Origin: Candidatus Zipacnadia bacterium | Lineage (GTDB): Bacteria > Armatimonadota > Zipacnadia > Zipacnadales > UBA11051 | Assembly: GCA_029821145.1 (NCBI GenBank) | Contig: JALGTY010000003.1 | Span: 1,682 to 50,756 of the forward strand | Reading direction: 5' to 3' | DNA: 49,075 bases | In this document: piece by piece, positions 18,427-27,925 of the stretch | How positions within the stretch are numbered: position 1 is the first letter of the stretch | Layout: every line of letters begins with the position of its first letter | Made by a program: the position numbers and the translations under genes | The notes under the pieces: generated by a model | Told to the model about the DNA's origin: nothing | The model's input: only the letters and a program-made list of their open reading frames with translations | Databases searched by the model: none

Positions 18427-19977
18427 TTGGAGGTCCATAAGACACAACTCCCCGGTAGTCGCGTTGAACTGAAATTGCAGCTATCGGCTGAAGATGTAGA
18501 TAAGGCGTACGGCCAGGTCTTCGAGGAATTGTCAGACCAGGGAGGGATACCGGGATTCCGCCCTGGCAAGGCACCGCCAGTGATTATCCGCCGCCGCTAT
18601 GACGAGGACATGCTGCAGGAGTTGGCGTGGGTCCGCCTTATCGAGGAGCACTATCCAACCCTTGTAGAAGACGAAAAGCTGGAGCCGCTTGAAGACCCCA
18701 GCTTCCCCGATCTGGAGAACCTGGATTTCGGTGAGAACAAGCCTGTGGAGTTCAGCATTACCCTGACAGTGCGGCCACGCCCCACAATTGAGCAATACAA
18801 GGGGCTGCATATCTTCAAGCCATCGGCGGAAGTGACCGAAAAGGATATTGAGGACATCCTGGAAGAGTTCCGCGAGGCGGGAGCTGAGGATGTCGAGGTT
18901 GACCGCGAGGAGGTGGCCGAAGGTGATCTGGTCACGGCCACCTTGACAGTGTTGGCCGATGGTGCGGAGGAGCCGCTGACCAAGGGTGAGCAGGACTTTG
19001 TCGTGGGCGGTGACCGCTATGCCCCGGCTATAGACCAGGAAATGCTCGGCAAGAAGATCGGCGATACCGTCAGCCTCGAATACGAGTACCCTGAAGACCA
19101 CGAGGACGCCGAGTTGGCGGGCAAGAAGGCCACTGTTTCAGCGACAATAGACCAGATCATGGAGCGGAAGCTGCCTGAACTCGATGACGAGTTTGCGGCA
19201 ACGCAGGGCGACTTCGAGACTCTCGAAGAGTGGACAGAGGTTCTCACAGAGCAGTTGGCGCGTCAATCTGAACAGCAGGCTCGGCAGGAGGCCGAGAACA
19301 ACGCTCTGGCCGCCATACTGGCAGGGACACAGATTGACCTCCCTGAAAGCCTGGTGGAAAGGGCTGCGGCTGATGGCTTCGACAAATTCCAGCTTGACCT
19401 GGAGCGCGAAGGGCTTTCTCTGGAAGCCTTCGCCGAGATCGCACAGGTTGAGGAAGACGAGGTCAAGGCCAATGAGACAGCGCGGGCCGAGGCGTCTCTT
19501 AAGTTGCACTTCGTCCTCGACGAGATCAGGCGCCTCGAGGAACTCGAACTTGATGAGGAGGACTTCGAGGCTGAGATCGCCCGGTTCGCCGAGTCTGCCG
19601 GCGTGGATGCAGATTTCGTCCGGCAGTCCCTACAAGTGCAGGAGGGGCTTGAAGAGCAGCTTCGCGAACGTGCGATGCGGAATAAGATAATCAACTTCAT
19701 CATTGAAAACAGTGAGATCGAAGAGGTGGCGCGGGAGGAGTACGAAGAGGTAAAGAAACGAGAACGCGAAAAGCTTGAAGAACAGGCCGCGGCCGCCAGC
19801 GAAGCTGTCGAGGGCGTTTCAGATGCCGCCGAAGACGAGGAAGTAGTACAGGACGCCGCAGGCGACCAGGCGAAAGGTGAGGCCGACGAAGAGCCGGAGA
19901 CGGAGGCTGACCAAGCCGCTGAGACTCCGGCCGATGAAGTGGACAGCGCAGAGGCGGCTGAAGAGACCAAGGAATGA
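18427..19977 (+). CDS. tig: trigger factor with a long acidic C-terminal extension
   Basis: Domain order and motifs are typical (GFRPGKAP), and it lies upstream of clpP-clpX. I prefer TTG 18427, 8 nt after AGGAG 18414-18418. The ORF track starts at GTG 18403, which has no RBS. Confidence 0.9.
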   Translation: MEVHKTQLPGSRVELKLQLSAEDVDKAYGQVFEELSDQGGIPGFRPGKAPPVIIRRRYDEDMLQELAWVRLIEEHYPTLVEDEKLEPLEDPSFPDLENLDFGENKPVEFSITLTVRPRPTIEQYKGLHIFKPSAEVTEKDIEDILEEFREAGAEDVEVDREEVAEGDLVTATLTVLADGAEEPLTKGEQDFVVGGDRYAPAIDQEMLGKKIGDTVSLEYEYPEDHEDAELAGKKATVSATIDQIMERKLPELDDEFAATQGDFETLEEWTEVLTEQLARQSEQQARQEAENNALAAILAGTQIDLPESLVERAAADGFDKFQLDLEREGLSLEAFAEIAQVEEDEVKANETARAEASLKLHFVLDEIRRLEELELDEEDFEAEIARFAESAGVDADFVRQSLQVQEGLEEQLRERAMRNKIINFIIENSEIEEVAREEYEEVKKREREKLEEQAAAASEAVEGVSDAAEDEEVVQDAAGDQAKGEADEEPETEADQAAETPADEVDSAEAAEETKE

Positions 19978-20016
19978 TCGGGTCGGCTCGCCAAGGGCAC
20001 CAGGAGATGATTAGGA

Positions 20017-20616
20017 ATGTATGTACCCAATGTAATTGAACAGACACCGCGCGGGGAGCGTCTTTATGACATCTTCAGCCGGCTGTTGCGTGAGCGAATC
20101 GTGTTCGTTGGCATGCCAGTTGATGATGTGCTTTCCAGTATGGTGATAGCGCAACTGCTCTTCTTGCAGGGCGAGGACACGACCGAGCCGATCTCGATGT
20201 ATATCAATTCGCCTGGCGGCTCGGTAACGGCGGGGCTGGCGATATATGATACAATGCAGTACATCACGCCGGATGTGCACACCTGGTGTGTAGGCATTGC
20301 AGGCAGCATGTCGGCCATTCTTCTGGCCTCAGGCGAGCCGGGACATCGCCACGCGCTGCCGCATGCGAAGTTGATGATTCACCAGCCGTGGTCGTATGGA
20401 ATTTCGGGCCAGGCCACCGATGTCGCGATACAAGCTGAGGAGATTATCAATACGCGCAGAATATTGAATGAAATACTGGCCGAGCACACCGGGCAGGAGT
20501 TGGCCACCATCGAGCGTGATACCGAACGCGATTTCTACATGACCGCGACGGCAGCGAAGGAATACGGACTAGTTGATGTGATAGCCGAGAAGCAGTCTAT
20601 CACTGAGGATGAGTGA
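20017..20616 (+). CDS. clpP: ATP-dependent Clp protease proteolytic subunit
   Basis: 199-aa ORF with [18 protein letters not shown], the catalytic Ser in GIAGSMSA, and HQP. Confidence 0.97.
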   Translation: MYVPNVIEQTPRGERLYDIFSRLLRERIVFVGMPVDDVLSSMVIAQLLFLQGEDTTEPISMYINSPGGSVTAGLAIYDTMQYITPDVHTWCVGIAGSMSAILLASGEPGHRHALPHAKLMIHQPWSYGISGQATDVAIQAEEIINTRRILNEILAEHTGQELATIERDTERDFYMTATAAKEYGLVDVIAEKQSITEDE

Positions 20617-20660
20617 CCGTACACAGCACTGTAAGTAGAAACTTGTAGGGGCGAAGTCTT

Positions 20661-21938
20661 ATGGATGTCAACGGCTCCGACGGCGATGAGGGACGCCACC
20701 TGCGGTGTTCTTTCTGCGGGCGGGAGAAACCCACGCAGGTCAAGCAACTGATCGCCGGGCCGGGCGTGTATATTTGCAAAGAATGCGTCACGCTCTGCAA
20801 TCAAATAATCCGCAACACAGAGCAGCAGAGCCTCGCAGAGGGTCTTGCTGACGAACAAGTGCCCACCCCCGAGGAGATCTACGCTCACCTTGGCGAGTAC
20901 GTGATCGGCCAGGAGCGCGCTCGGCGCGTGGTATCCGTGGCGGTTTATAACCACTTCAAGCGGATCCGCCTCGACTATGCCGATGAGGAGGTGGAGCTGG
21001 ACAAGAGCAATGTTTTGCTCATCGGCCCCACCGGCTGCGGGAAGACCCTGATCGCCCAGACGCTGGCCAGGCTACTCGATGTCCCCTTCACTATTGCCGA
21101 CGCAACCTCGGTGACCGAGGCGGGTTATGTCGGCGAAGATGTGGAGAATATCCTGCTGCAACTGTTCCTGGCCGCGGACGGCGACATCGAGCGCACCGAG
21201 CGCGGCATTGTATATATTGACGAAATTGATAAGATCGCCCGCCGCGGTGACAACCCCTCCATAACCAGGGACGTGTCCGGAGAAGGCGTGCAGCAGGCGC
21301 TCTTGAAGATACTCGAGGGCACCGTTGCCAACGTCCCTCCGCAGGGCGGCCGCAAACACCCGCAGCAGGAGTTTCTGCAGATCAACACCAAGAACATTCT
21401 CTTCATCTGCGGCGGAGTGTTCGACGGGCTGGTGGATATCATCAGAGCACGCACGCACAACCGCGTGATCGGCTTCGGCGCACGCAGTGCTGGCGGCGGC
21501 GACCTGACCGACGACGAGTTGCTGGACATGGTCTTGCCTGAAGATGTAACGAAGTTCGGCATGATTCCGGAGTTCGTCGGCAGGCTGACGATTATGGCGC
21601 CGCTGGCTCACCTCGACGTGGAAGTCCTGCAGCGAATCCTGGTGGAGCCCAAGAATGCACTCGTTCGCCAGTACAGCAAGTTGATGTCGCTGCTTGATGA
21701 CGTGGAGGTTGAATTCAGCGAAGGCGCTGCCCGAGCGATTGCCGAGAAGGCAATTGAGAAGAAGACCGGCGCGCGCGGCCTGCGCACGATCATTGATGAG
21801 ATAATGCTCGACGTAATGTTCGAAATTCCGTCCGACCCCTCGGTAGTCAAGTGCATAATTGCCGAAGAGACGGTACGTGACGGAACCCCACCCATACTGG
21901 AGCGGGCCGAGCGCGAAGGGAAGCGCGAGACAGCCTAA
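20661..21938 (+). CDS. clpX: ATP-dependent Clp protease ATP-binding subunit ClpX
   Basis: N-terminal C4 zinc finger (CSFCG..CKEC), Walker A GPTGCGKT, Walker [10 protein letters not shown], and the GARGLR sensor. Confidence 0.97.
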   Translation: MDVNGSDGDEGRHLRCSFCGREKPTQVKQLIAGPGVYICKECVTLCNQIIRNTEQQSLAEGLADEQVPTPEEIYAHLGEYVIGQERARRVVSVAVYNHFKRIRLDYADEEVELDKSNVLLIGPTGCGKTLIAQTLARLLDVPFTIADATSVTEAGYVGEDVENILLQLFLAADGDIERTERGIVYIDEIDKIARRGDNPSITRDVSGEGVQQALLKILEGTVANVPPQGGRKHPQQEFLQINTKNILFICGGVFDGLVDIIRARTHNRVIGFGARSAGGGDLTDDELLDMVLPEDVTKFGMIPEFVGRLTIMAPLAHLDVEVLQRILVEPKNALVRQYSKLMSLLDDVEVEFSEGAARAIAEKAIEKKTGARGLRTIIDEIMLDVMFEIPSDPSVVKCIIAEETVRDGTPPILERAEREGKRETA

Positions 21939-21972
21939 GCAGCTTGCCCCTTACCTCCAGGTATGGTCTATC

Positions 21973-22007
21973 GGGCTACGGCCACCACGGTTGTAGTCCG
22001 TTTTATT
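21973..22007 (+). terminator. candidate intrinsic terminator after clpX
   Basis: A stem formed by gggctacggcc and ggttgtagtcc (about 11 bp including G-U pairs) with loop accac, followed by gTTTTaTT. Confidence 0.45.
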
Positions 22008-22051
22008 GCCTGGCAGACAAGCCTGGGCAGTGAAGCACAGCGGCCAGCGGC

Positions 22052-22081
22052 TTGACACTGAATTCTGCACACCCCTATAAT
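22052..22081 (+). promoter_or_regulatory. sigma70-like promoter upstream of the LapA-like gene
   Basis: TTGACA (22052-22057), 18-nt spacer, TATAAT (22076-22081). Confidence 0.55.
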
Positions 22082-22152
22082 CATAGACAATACGTGCGGA
22101 GTGTTTGCTATTGTTCAACAGTAGCAGTTGCGGAGAAGGAGGACCCAGCCGG

Positions 22153-22551
22153 ATGAAGAACGACCATGAGCAGGAGGCTGAAGAGAAGCAGGCCGAGCCG
22201 CAGGCGGCAGATGCCAGGCCCGACGCGACCGAGGATAAGCAGCAGGGGCCGCGCGTCGCGCCGTCGGTGAAGCCCGGATTCTTGACCAGGACGTGGCAGG
22301 CGTGCTGCGCACCCTTCGCCAACATTAAGCTGCCGGCGTGGAATCTGCTGCTATTCAGTCGGCTGCTGTTGGCACTTATCGTAGCAGTTTTCCTGCTGAG
22401 CAACTGGTCGCCGATGAGGTTCTACTTGTTCGGCCTATACATTGAGGCTCCCAGAGCGCTGTCCATGATCGTGCTCTTGGCCGTCGGCTTTCTGGTCGGA
22501 TGGCTCTCGCGGTCCCCGAGGCGGGAGCAGGAAAGTGAAAGTGAGGAATGA
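22153..22551 (+). CDS. LapA-domain (DUF1049-like) inner-membrane protein with a charged N-terminal region
   Basis: Start at ATG 22153, 10 nt after AAGGAGG 22136-22142 (the ORF track starts at TTG 22105). The protein has two TM helices, and LLSNWSPMRFYLFGLYIEAPRALSMIVLLAVGFLVGWL is LapA-like. Confidence 0.6.
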   Translation: MKNDHEQEAEEKQAEPQAADARPDATEDKQQGPRVAPSVKPGFLTRTWQACCAPFANIKLPAWNLLLFSRLLLALIVAVFLLSNWSPMRFYLFGLYIEAPRALSMIVLLAVGFLVGWLSRSPRREQESESEE

Positions 22552-23278
22552 ATTGCTGAGCAGAGGGGTTCGCACAAGACCGCTACGCGCCACCAGGCCG
22601 CTGGTGTACTTTATGCTCACAGTACCGTTCGCCCTGATTCTCAACAGCGATAAAGTAGTTGTGACCACGCAGCTTTACCCGGATGGTACTGGCCTGCGGC
22701 AAGTAAGCGCGGAAGCAGACACCAATATCTTCAAGAAGCCGCTGGACAAGTGGACCTACGATGTGGAGGCCGGCGGGAAGTGGCAGGAACGCTGGCAGGA
22801 GGACAGCGTTACCAAGTCCACCACCACCATAACGCGCAACTTCATAACCGGGCGCATGGAGCAGGCCGGCGACGGTGCCGCGCCACAGATTGTTGACGTA
22901 TTCCAGAAACCACTTTCGATTTACACGACCTGCACATGGGCCGAACAGGTAACTTTGAAATACCACAGTAACGCCAATCCAGCGGAGGCGAAAGCCGGCG
23001 GACATTATCTGCTCTACCACGTAATAATGCCGGGTAGAGTCATCAATGCGGCTTCCAGAGCACTTACGGCCGGCGGAGCCGCCCAAAATGGCAGGTTGTC
23101 GGGCAGCCACGCGACATTGATACTCGATGCCAGCGCTTCGGAGTACACAGTGACAGTGACCTCCCGCAAGGTGCGCTGGGGTTATCTCGCGATTGTGTTA
23201 TATGTAGCGCTGTTTGTGATCTATCATGGCGGCAACATAGTTTTGCGCCGCATCCGCAGCAGACCAAAGAGAATCTAA
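22535..23278 (+). CDS. hypothetical protein with N- and C-terminal TM anchors and a roughly 170-aa central domain
   Basis: 247-aa ORF. GTG 22535 overlaps the LapA-like stop by 17 nt; ATG 22613 is an alternative start. I do not recognise the family. Confidence 0.5.
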   Translation: MKVRNELLSRGVRTRPLRATRPLVYFMLTVPFALILNSDKVVVTTQLYPDGTGLRQVSAEADTNIFKKPLDKWTYDVEAGGKWQERWQEDSVTKSTTTITRNFITGRMEQAGDGAAPQIVDVFQKPLSIYTTCTWAEQVTLKYHSNANPAEAKAGGHYLLYHVIMPGRVINAASRALTAGGAAQNGRLSGSHATLILDASASEYTVTVTSRKVRWGYLAIVLYVALFVIYHGGNIVLRRIRSRPKRI

Positions 23279-23370
23279 GCCGGGGATACAGACCATAAGC
23301 AGTAACAGCCGCGGTGCGATGCTACCGCGGCTTATCTCAATCGGCACCAGGTAACAGGGAGTTGGTTGTC

Positions 23371-24396
23371 ATGATTGACTTGCGCAGCGACGTGAAAGCG
23401 CTCCCCAGCCCGCAGATGCTGCAGGCCATGATCGGGGCCGAGCTCGGCGATGATGTGTTCGGAGAGGACCCGACCATCAATGCTCTGCAAGCTCGCTGCG
23501 CCGAACTGACGGGCAAACAGGCCGCGCTTTTTGTAACCTCAGGGACGCAGGGAAACCTCGTCAGCGTCTATGCCCTCATTGAGCCTGGTGAAGAGCTGAT
23601 TTGCCACGAACTGGCGCACATTTACCACCACGAGCGCGGTGGGATGGCTGCGGTCTGCGGCGCTCTGGTCAGACCACTGCCGGGACACTATGGAATGCTG
23701 GACCTGGATATGCTTGCCGATACACTGACCGCAGGCGACTTGCACCGGCAGCGCACCGGGGTGGTAACTCTGGAGAACACACACAACGCCTGTGGCGGCA
23801 CGGCCCTGACCGCTCAGCAAACCGCAGCGGTGGCGGAACTGGCTCATCACTACGGCGTGCCCGTGCACCTGGATGCCGCGCGGATATTCAATGCCGCGGC
23901 AGCTCTCGGCGTTGCGGTCGCGGAGCTGGTAGAGCCAGTTGACACGCTGACACTTTGCTTCTCTAAGGGCCTGGGGGCGCCAGCCGGCTCGATGGTCTGC
24001 GGCCCGGCTGATTTCATCGAGAAAGCGCAACTGGCCCGCAAGCTGTTCGGTGGCGGCATGAGACAGGTCGGGATACTGGGCGCAGCGGCCATGTGGGCCC
24101 TGGAGCATAACGTGCCCAAGTTGCCCGATGACCACCGCAGAGCGCGGCAGATTGCCGAGACGCTGGCAGAGCTGCCGGGCATTGACGTGGACTTGGATAG
24201 CGTCCAGACCAACATGGTCTATTTCCTGGTTAATCGCGAAGACATCAATGCTCCGCAATTATGCGATCGCCTCGCCGAATACGAGGTTAAGGCAACGGCT
24301 CGCGATGAACGTAAGATACGTTTCGTCACGCATGTGGACGTAACCGATCAGGACGCCGAGACGGTGTGCACGGCCTTGCGCGAAATCCTCACGTAG
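23371..24396 (+). CDS. ltaE: low-specificity L-threonine aldolase (PLP)
   Basis: MIDLRSDVKALPSPQML, GDDVFGEDPT and SKGLGAP (PLP Lys) motifs. Start at ATG 23371, preceded by CAGGGAG. Confidence 0.85.
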   Translation: MIDLRSDVKALPSPQMLQAMIGAELGDDVFGEDPTINALQARCAELTGKQAALFVTSGTQGNLVSVYALIEPGEELICHELAHIYHHERGGMAAVCGALVRPLPGHYGMLDLDMLADTLTAGDLHRQRTGVVTLENTHNACGGTALTAQQTAAVAELAHHYGVPVHLDAARIFNAAAALGVAVAELVEPVDTLTLCFSKGLGAPAGSMVCGPADFIEKAQLARKLFGGGMRQVGILGAAAMWALEHNVPKLPDDHRRARQIAETLAELPGIDVDLDSVQTNMVYFLVNREDINAPQLCDRLAEYEVKATARDERKIRFVTHVDVTDQDAETVCTALREILT

Positions 24397-24469
24397 AACA
24401 GACCGCTGGGGCTGAGTAGAGTATTGTCATACATCCCCGAGAAAGGACAAGGGAAAGGGGCATCTCTTG

Positions 24470-25633
24470 ATGCCGGATCAGATGCGGGCGCTCGTATTTG
24501 ATAAGTCGAAAGACATCTGGGAAGAGAGCCGGGGCTTGAGGAAAGTCCAGGCGGACAAGCCGGTGCTCGATGAAAAGCGAGATCCGCTTGACGCCGAAAT
24601 GGTCATCATCAAGGTCATCTACTGCGGCGTCTGTGGCTCCGACCGCGGAATATGGTTTCGGGACTCGTTCAAGGAAATGATCCACGATTCACTCGATGCA
24701 GAAGACAAGACGGTCAGGATCACAGGCCACGAGTTGCTGGGAGAGATCGTCGAAGCCGGTGGCGTTGCGCGCGCGCACTACGGCTGGGAGTCCGGTGACA
24801 TTGTCTCCGCCGATTCACACACTATATGCGGGAAATGCCGCCAGTGCCTTATCGGCGAGAGCCATGTGTGCACCAACGAGCAAATTATCGGCATCGGCCG
24901 AGATGGATGCTTCGCTGACTATGTCAAGCTGCCGGCATGGGTGCTTTGGCGCACAGACACCAACAAGATCAGACCTGAGGTGGCCTGTTTGCAGGACCCG
25001 TTCGGCAACGCGGTTCACACTTGCACCAAGGTTGATCTGCGCGGCAAGAGCCTGGCGGTATTCGGATGCGGTACCATCGGCCTGTTCGCAATTCTGATCG
25101 GCAGAGCCCTGGGCGCCTCGAAAATAATCGGGATTCAACCCAGCGAAAGAAATGCCAGACTGGCAGAGCAGCTTGGTGTGGACAGCATGGTGCGGTTCAC
25201 GCGTCCTGAGCAGGGAATCTGGCAGAGTGACCCAAGCGTGGTCGAGCAAGTCAGGGATTTCGGTGGCGATGGCGTTGATGTGGCAATGGAAATGGCCGGT
25301 CACAACTCTTCAGTGAACAACGCCATTCAGTCCGTTCGTCGCGGAGGTGATGTTGTGCTGTTTGGGCTCAAAGACGGCGACGCCACGATCGAAGACTTCC
25401 ACGGTATGATCGTCCGGGGCGTCAGCCTCCACAGCGTTATCGGCAGGCAGATCTTCCGCACATGGGATATCGCGAATAATCTGCTGGAGTCCAAACACAA
25501 TGACATACAGGAAAAGATCTACGATGTGATTCTCAACCGGGGCGAGGGCACCATCGTGGATATAGATGATTACGATGTGGATGATTTCGAACAGAGGCTT
25601 CTGGCGCATCCCAAGATTATAACCAAGTGGTAA
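24470..25633 (+). CDS. tdh: Zn-dependent L-threonine 3-dehydrogenase-like alcohol dehydrogenase
   Basis: GHELLGEIVEAG, the CGKCRQCLIGESHVC structural-Zn motif and GCGTIG Rossmann motif. It lies directly upstream of kbl. Confidence 0.78.
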   Translation: MPDQMRALVFDKSKDIWEESRGLRKVQADKPVLDEKRDPLDAEMVIIKVIYCGVCGSDRGIWFRDSFKEMIHDSLDAEDKTVRITGHELLGEIVEAGGVARAHYGWESGDIVSADSHTICGKCRQCLIGESHVCTNEQIIGIGRDGCFADYVKLPAWVLWRTDTNKIRPEVACLQDPFGNAVHTCTKVDLRGKSLAVFGCGTIGLFAILIGRALGASKIIGIQPSERNARLAEQLGVDSMVRFTRPEQGIWQSDPSVVEQVRDFGGDGVDVAMEMAGHNSSVNNAIQSVRRGGDVVLFGLKDGDATIEDFHGMIVRGVSLHSVIGRQIFRTWDIANNLLESKHNDIQEKIYDVILNRGEGTIVDIDDYDVDDFEQRLLAHPKIITKW

Positions 25634-25676
25634 CGCGCGTTAGCGCCGCGACGTGACAGCATAGAGGAGATGGACA

Positions 25677-26861
25677 ATGTACGGTGCTGTAAGAGAGCTG
25701 TTGACACAAGAACTGGAGGCCATGCGGGCCTCGGGAGTGTACAAGCAAGAAAGAAGCATCCTCGGCCCGCAGGCAGCGCGCATCAAGGTCAAAGAGGGAG
25801 AGGTCATCAATTTCTGCGCCAACAACTATCTTGGCCTCTCGTCCCATCCCAAAGTTATTGAGGCGGCAAAGCGCGGGTTGGAAGAGTGGGGCTATGGCAT
25901 GTCCTCGGTGCGTTTTATCTGCGGCACGCAAGAGATACACACCCAGTTAGAGCAGAGAATATCAGAGTTCCTGGGAACAGAGGATACGATTCTCTACAGC
26001 TCCTGCTTTGATGCCAACACCGGATTGTTCGAGACGATTCTGGGGCCGGAAGACGTCGTGCTCAGCGACCAGCTCAACCATGCCAGTATCATAGATGGCA
26101 TTCGACTGTGCAAGGCGGAACGCAAGCGGTTTGGCAATAGCGACATGGACGCCCTGGAAGATGCGCTCAAGGAGTGCGCCGGCTATCGCATCAAGCTGAT
26201 CGCCACAGACGGTGTATTCAGCATGGATGGCTATATCGCAAAGCTTGATGAAATCTGTACGCTCGCCGAAGAGTATGGTGCTCTGGTGATGGTGGACGAC
26301 TCGCACGCAACGGGCTTCGTCGGCAAGACCGGCAAAGGTACCCACGAATACAGAGACGTTATGGACCGAGTTGACATCATAACATCAACCTTGGGCAAAG
26401 CGCTCGGCGGGGCATCAGGTGGCTTTACCAGCGGGCGAAAGGAGATCGTGGAGTTCCTGAGGCAGCGCTCCAGGCCCTACCTTTTCTCCAACACGCTCAC
26501 CCCTGCGATTGTCATGGCAGCGATAACGGCCATTGACCTGATCGATGAGACGACAGAGCTAAGGGACAAACTCGAGCAGAACACGATCTACTTCCGTGAC
26601 GCCATCAGCAGTGTCGGCTTCGAGATCAGGGAGGGTACTCACCCCATCGTTCCCATCATGCTCGGAGACGCGAAGCTCGCAGGCGATATGGCCAATGATC
26701 TGCTGGCGGAAGGCATATACGTAATCGGGTTCAGCTATCCCGTGGTACCCGAGGACCAGGCGCGGATTCGCGTTCAGATCTCAGCGGCCCATACGAAAGA
26801 TGACCTGGACGCGGCTATAGATGCTTTCACGCGCGTGGGGAGAGAGTACGGCATACTCTGA
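25677..26861 (+). CDS. kbl: glycine C-acetyltransferase (2-amino-3-ketobutyrate CoA ligase)
   Basis: 394-aa ORF with [26 protein letters not shown] and TLGKALGG (PLP Lys). Confidence 0.92.
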   Translation: MYGAVRELLTQELEAMRASGVYKQERSILGPQAARIKVKEGEVINFCANNYLGLSSHPKVIEAAKRGLEEWGYGMSSVRFICGTQEIHTQLEQRISEFLGTEDTILYSSCFDANTGLFETILGPEDVVLSDQLNHASIIDGIRLCKAERKRFGNSDMDALEDALKECAGYRIKLIATDGVFSMDGYIAKLDEICTLAEEYGALVMVDDSHATGFVGKTGKGTHEYRDVMDRVDIITSTLGKALGGASGGFTSGRKEIVEFLRQRSRPYLFSNTLTPAIVMAAITAIDLIDETTELRDKLEQNTIYFRDAISSVGFEIREGTHPIVPIMLGDAKLAGDMANDLLAEGIYVIGFSYPVVPEDQARIRVQISAAHTKDDLDAAIDAFTRVGREYGIL

Positions 26862-26927
26862 GCGGTTGGCGAAGGTATCGCGTAGGACGAGCATTTCTTG
26901 CCGTTGGTCGTATGCGCGTAGATGATC

Positions 26928-26991
26928 GGGCGCAATGAATTGCGCCCCTACAACGGCATGGGTATTCGTAGGGGCGTGATTTATCACGCCC
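26928..26991. repeat. pair of GC-rich palindromic hairpins (gggcgcaa-tgaa-ttgcgccc and ggggcgtgat-tt-atcacgccc) bridged by gcccctac/gtaggggc
   Basis: Read directly at 26928-26947 and 26972-26991. The alternative middle stem spans 26944-26975. Confidence 0.8.
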
Positions 26992-27112
26992 TGGTCTCGC
27001 TACAACAAACAGATACTTGACTGCTAATCCCGGCATTCACGACCAAACCTTCAATACAGTTCTTACCTAATGACAGAATTCGCCGGTACGTCCCCACGGC
27101 AAACACAATCAT

Positions 27113-27925
27113 TTGCTCTCAATGGTGTTGATGATTGTACGGAGCAGATACTGGAAGAAACGGCCAGTGCTGACCAAAACCTTCTTACACATCCCCAAGA
27201 TCGGCTCCAAGACGGAGCGGCGCATCTGGTCGTGCGGCCTCACCGACTGGCACAAGGCGCTGTCTCACACTGAGCAGGTGCCTGGCTTTTCGCAGCGGCG
27301 CTGGGACTACGTGCGCAGCTATCTGGAGAGTTCGCTGCGCAGCCTGCAGGCCGGCGACCACGCCTACTTTGCCACTTGTCTGCCCAGCGGTGAGCATTGG
27401 CGCGCCTATTCGAGCTTCCACAACCGCACGGCGTACCTGGACATTGAGACGACCGGCTTGGGGCCGCGCGCGCAGATAACGGTCATCGGTGTCCATGATG
27501 GCACGCGGACAGCCACTTACGTCGCCGGCGACAACCTGGACGAGTTCGCCGATGATATCAGCCGCTTCAACATGATAGTCACCTTCAACGGTCTCACGTT
27601 CGACCTGCCATATCTGCGCCGGGCATTCCCGCAAGTGGCCTGGGACCATCTGCACTGCGATCTGCGTTACGCGCTGGGCCGTCTGGGATTGCGTGGTGGC
27701 CTGAAGAATATCGAGAGGCGTCTGAACATCGCGCGCGGTGAGGATATTGACGGGCTAGCGGGCGATGATGCGGTCAGATTGTGGTACGAGTACCTGTCCG
27801 GCAATGAACGGAGCCTGGCGCGGTTGGTGGAGTACAACACCGCCGATGTGGAGAATCTGCAGTTGCTGATGGGCTATGCGTACGCGAAACTCTCCGCGCA
27901 ACTGATTGAGGAAACAACCCGATGA
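27113..27925 (+). CDS. RNase H-fold 3'-5' exonuclease-like protein (YprB/RNase_H_2-like)
   Basis: YLDIETTGL, FNGLTFDLPYL and YNTADVENL (DEDD-like exo motifs), plus an N-terminal helix-hairpin-like IPKIGSKTERRIWSCGLTDW. The start is uncertain (TTG 27113, ATG 27122 or ATG 27131). Confidence 0.7.
   Translation: MLSMVLMIVRSRYWKKRPVLTKTFLHIPKIGSKTERRIWSCGLTDWHKALSHTEQVPGFSQRRWDYVRSYLESSLRSLQAGDHAYFATCLPSGEHWRAYSSFHNRTAYLDIETTGLGPRAQITVIGVHDGTRTATYVAGDNLDEFADDISRFNMIVTFNGLTFDLPYLRRAFPQVAWDHLHCDLRYALGRLGLRGGLKNIERRLNIARGEDIDGLAGDDAVRLWYEYLSGNERSLARLVEYNTADVENLQLLMGYAYAKLSAQLIEETTR

Noticed and set aside
19263-20030. 255-aa Ser-rich ORF antisense to tig.
   Set aside because: It lies entirely inside and opposite a confidently identified gene. 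Its low-complexity Ser/Ala composition is typical of antisense frames in GC-rich DNA, and no RBS is present.
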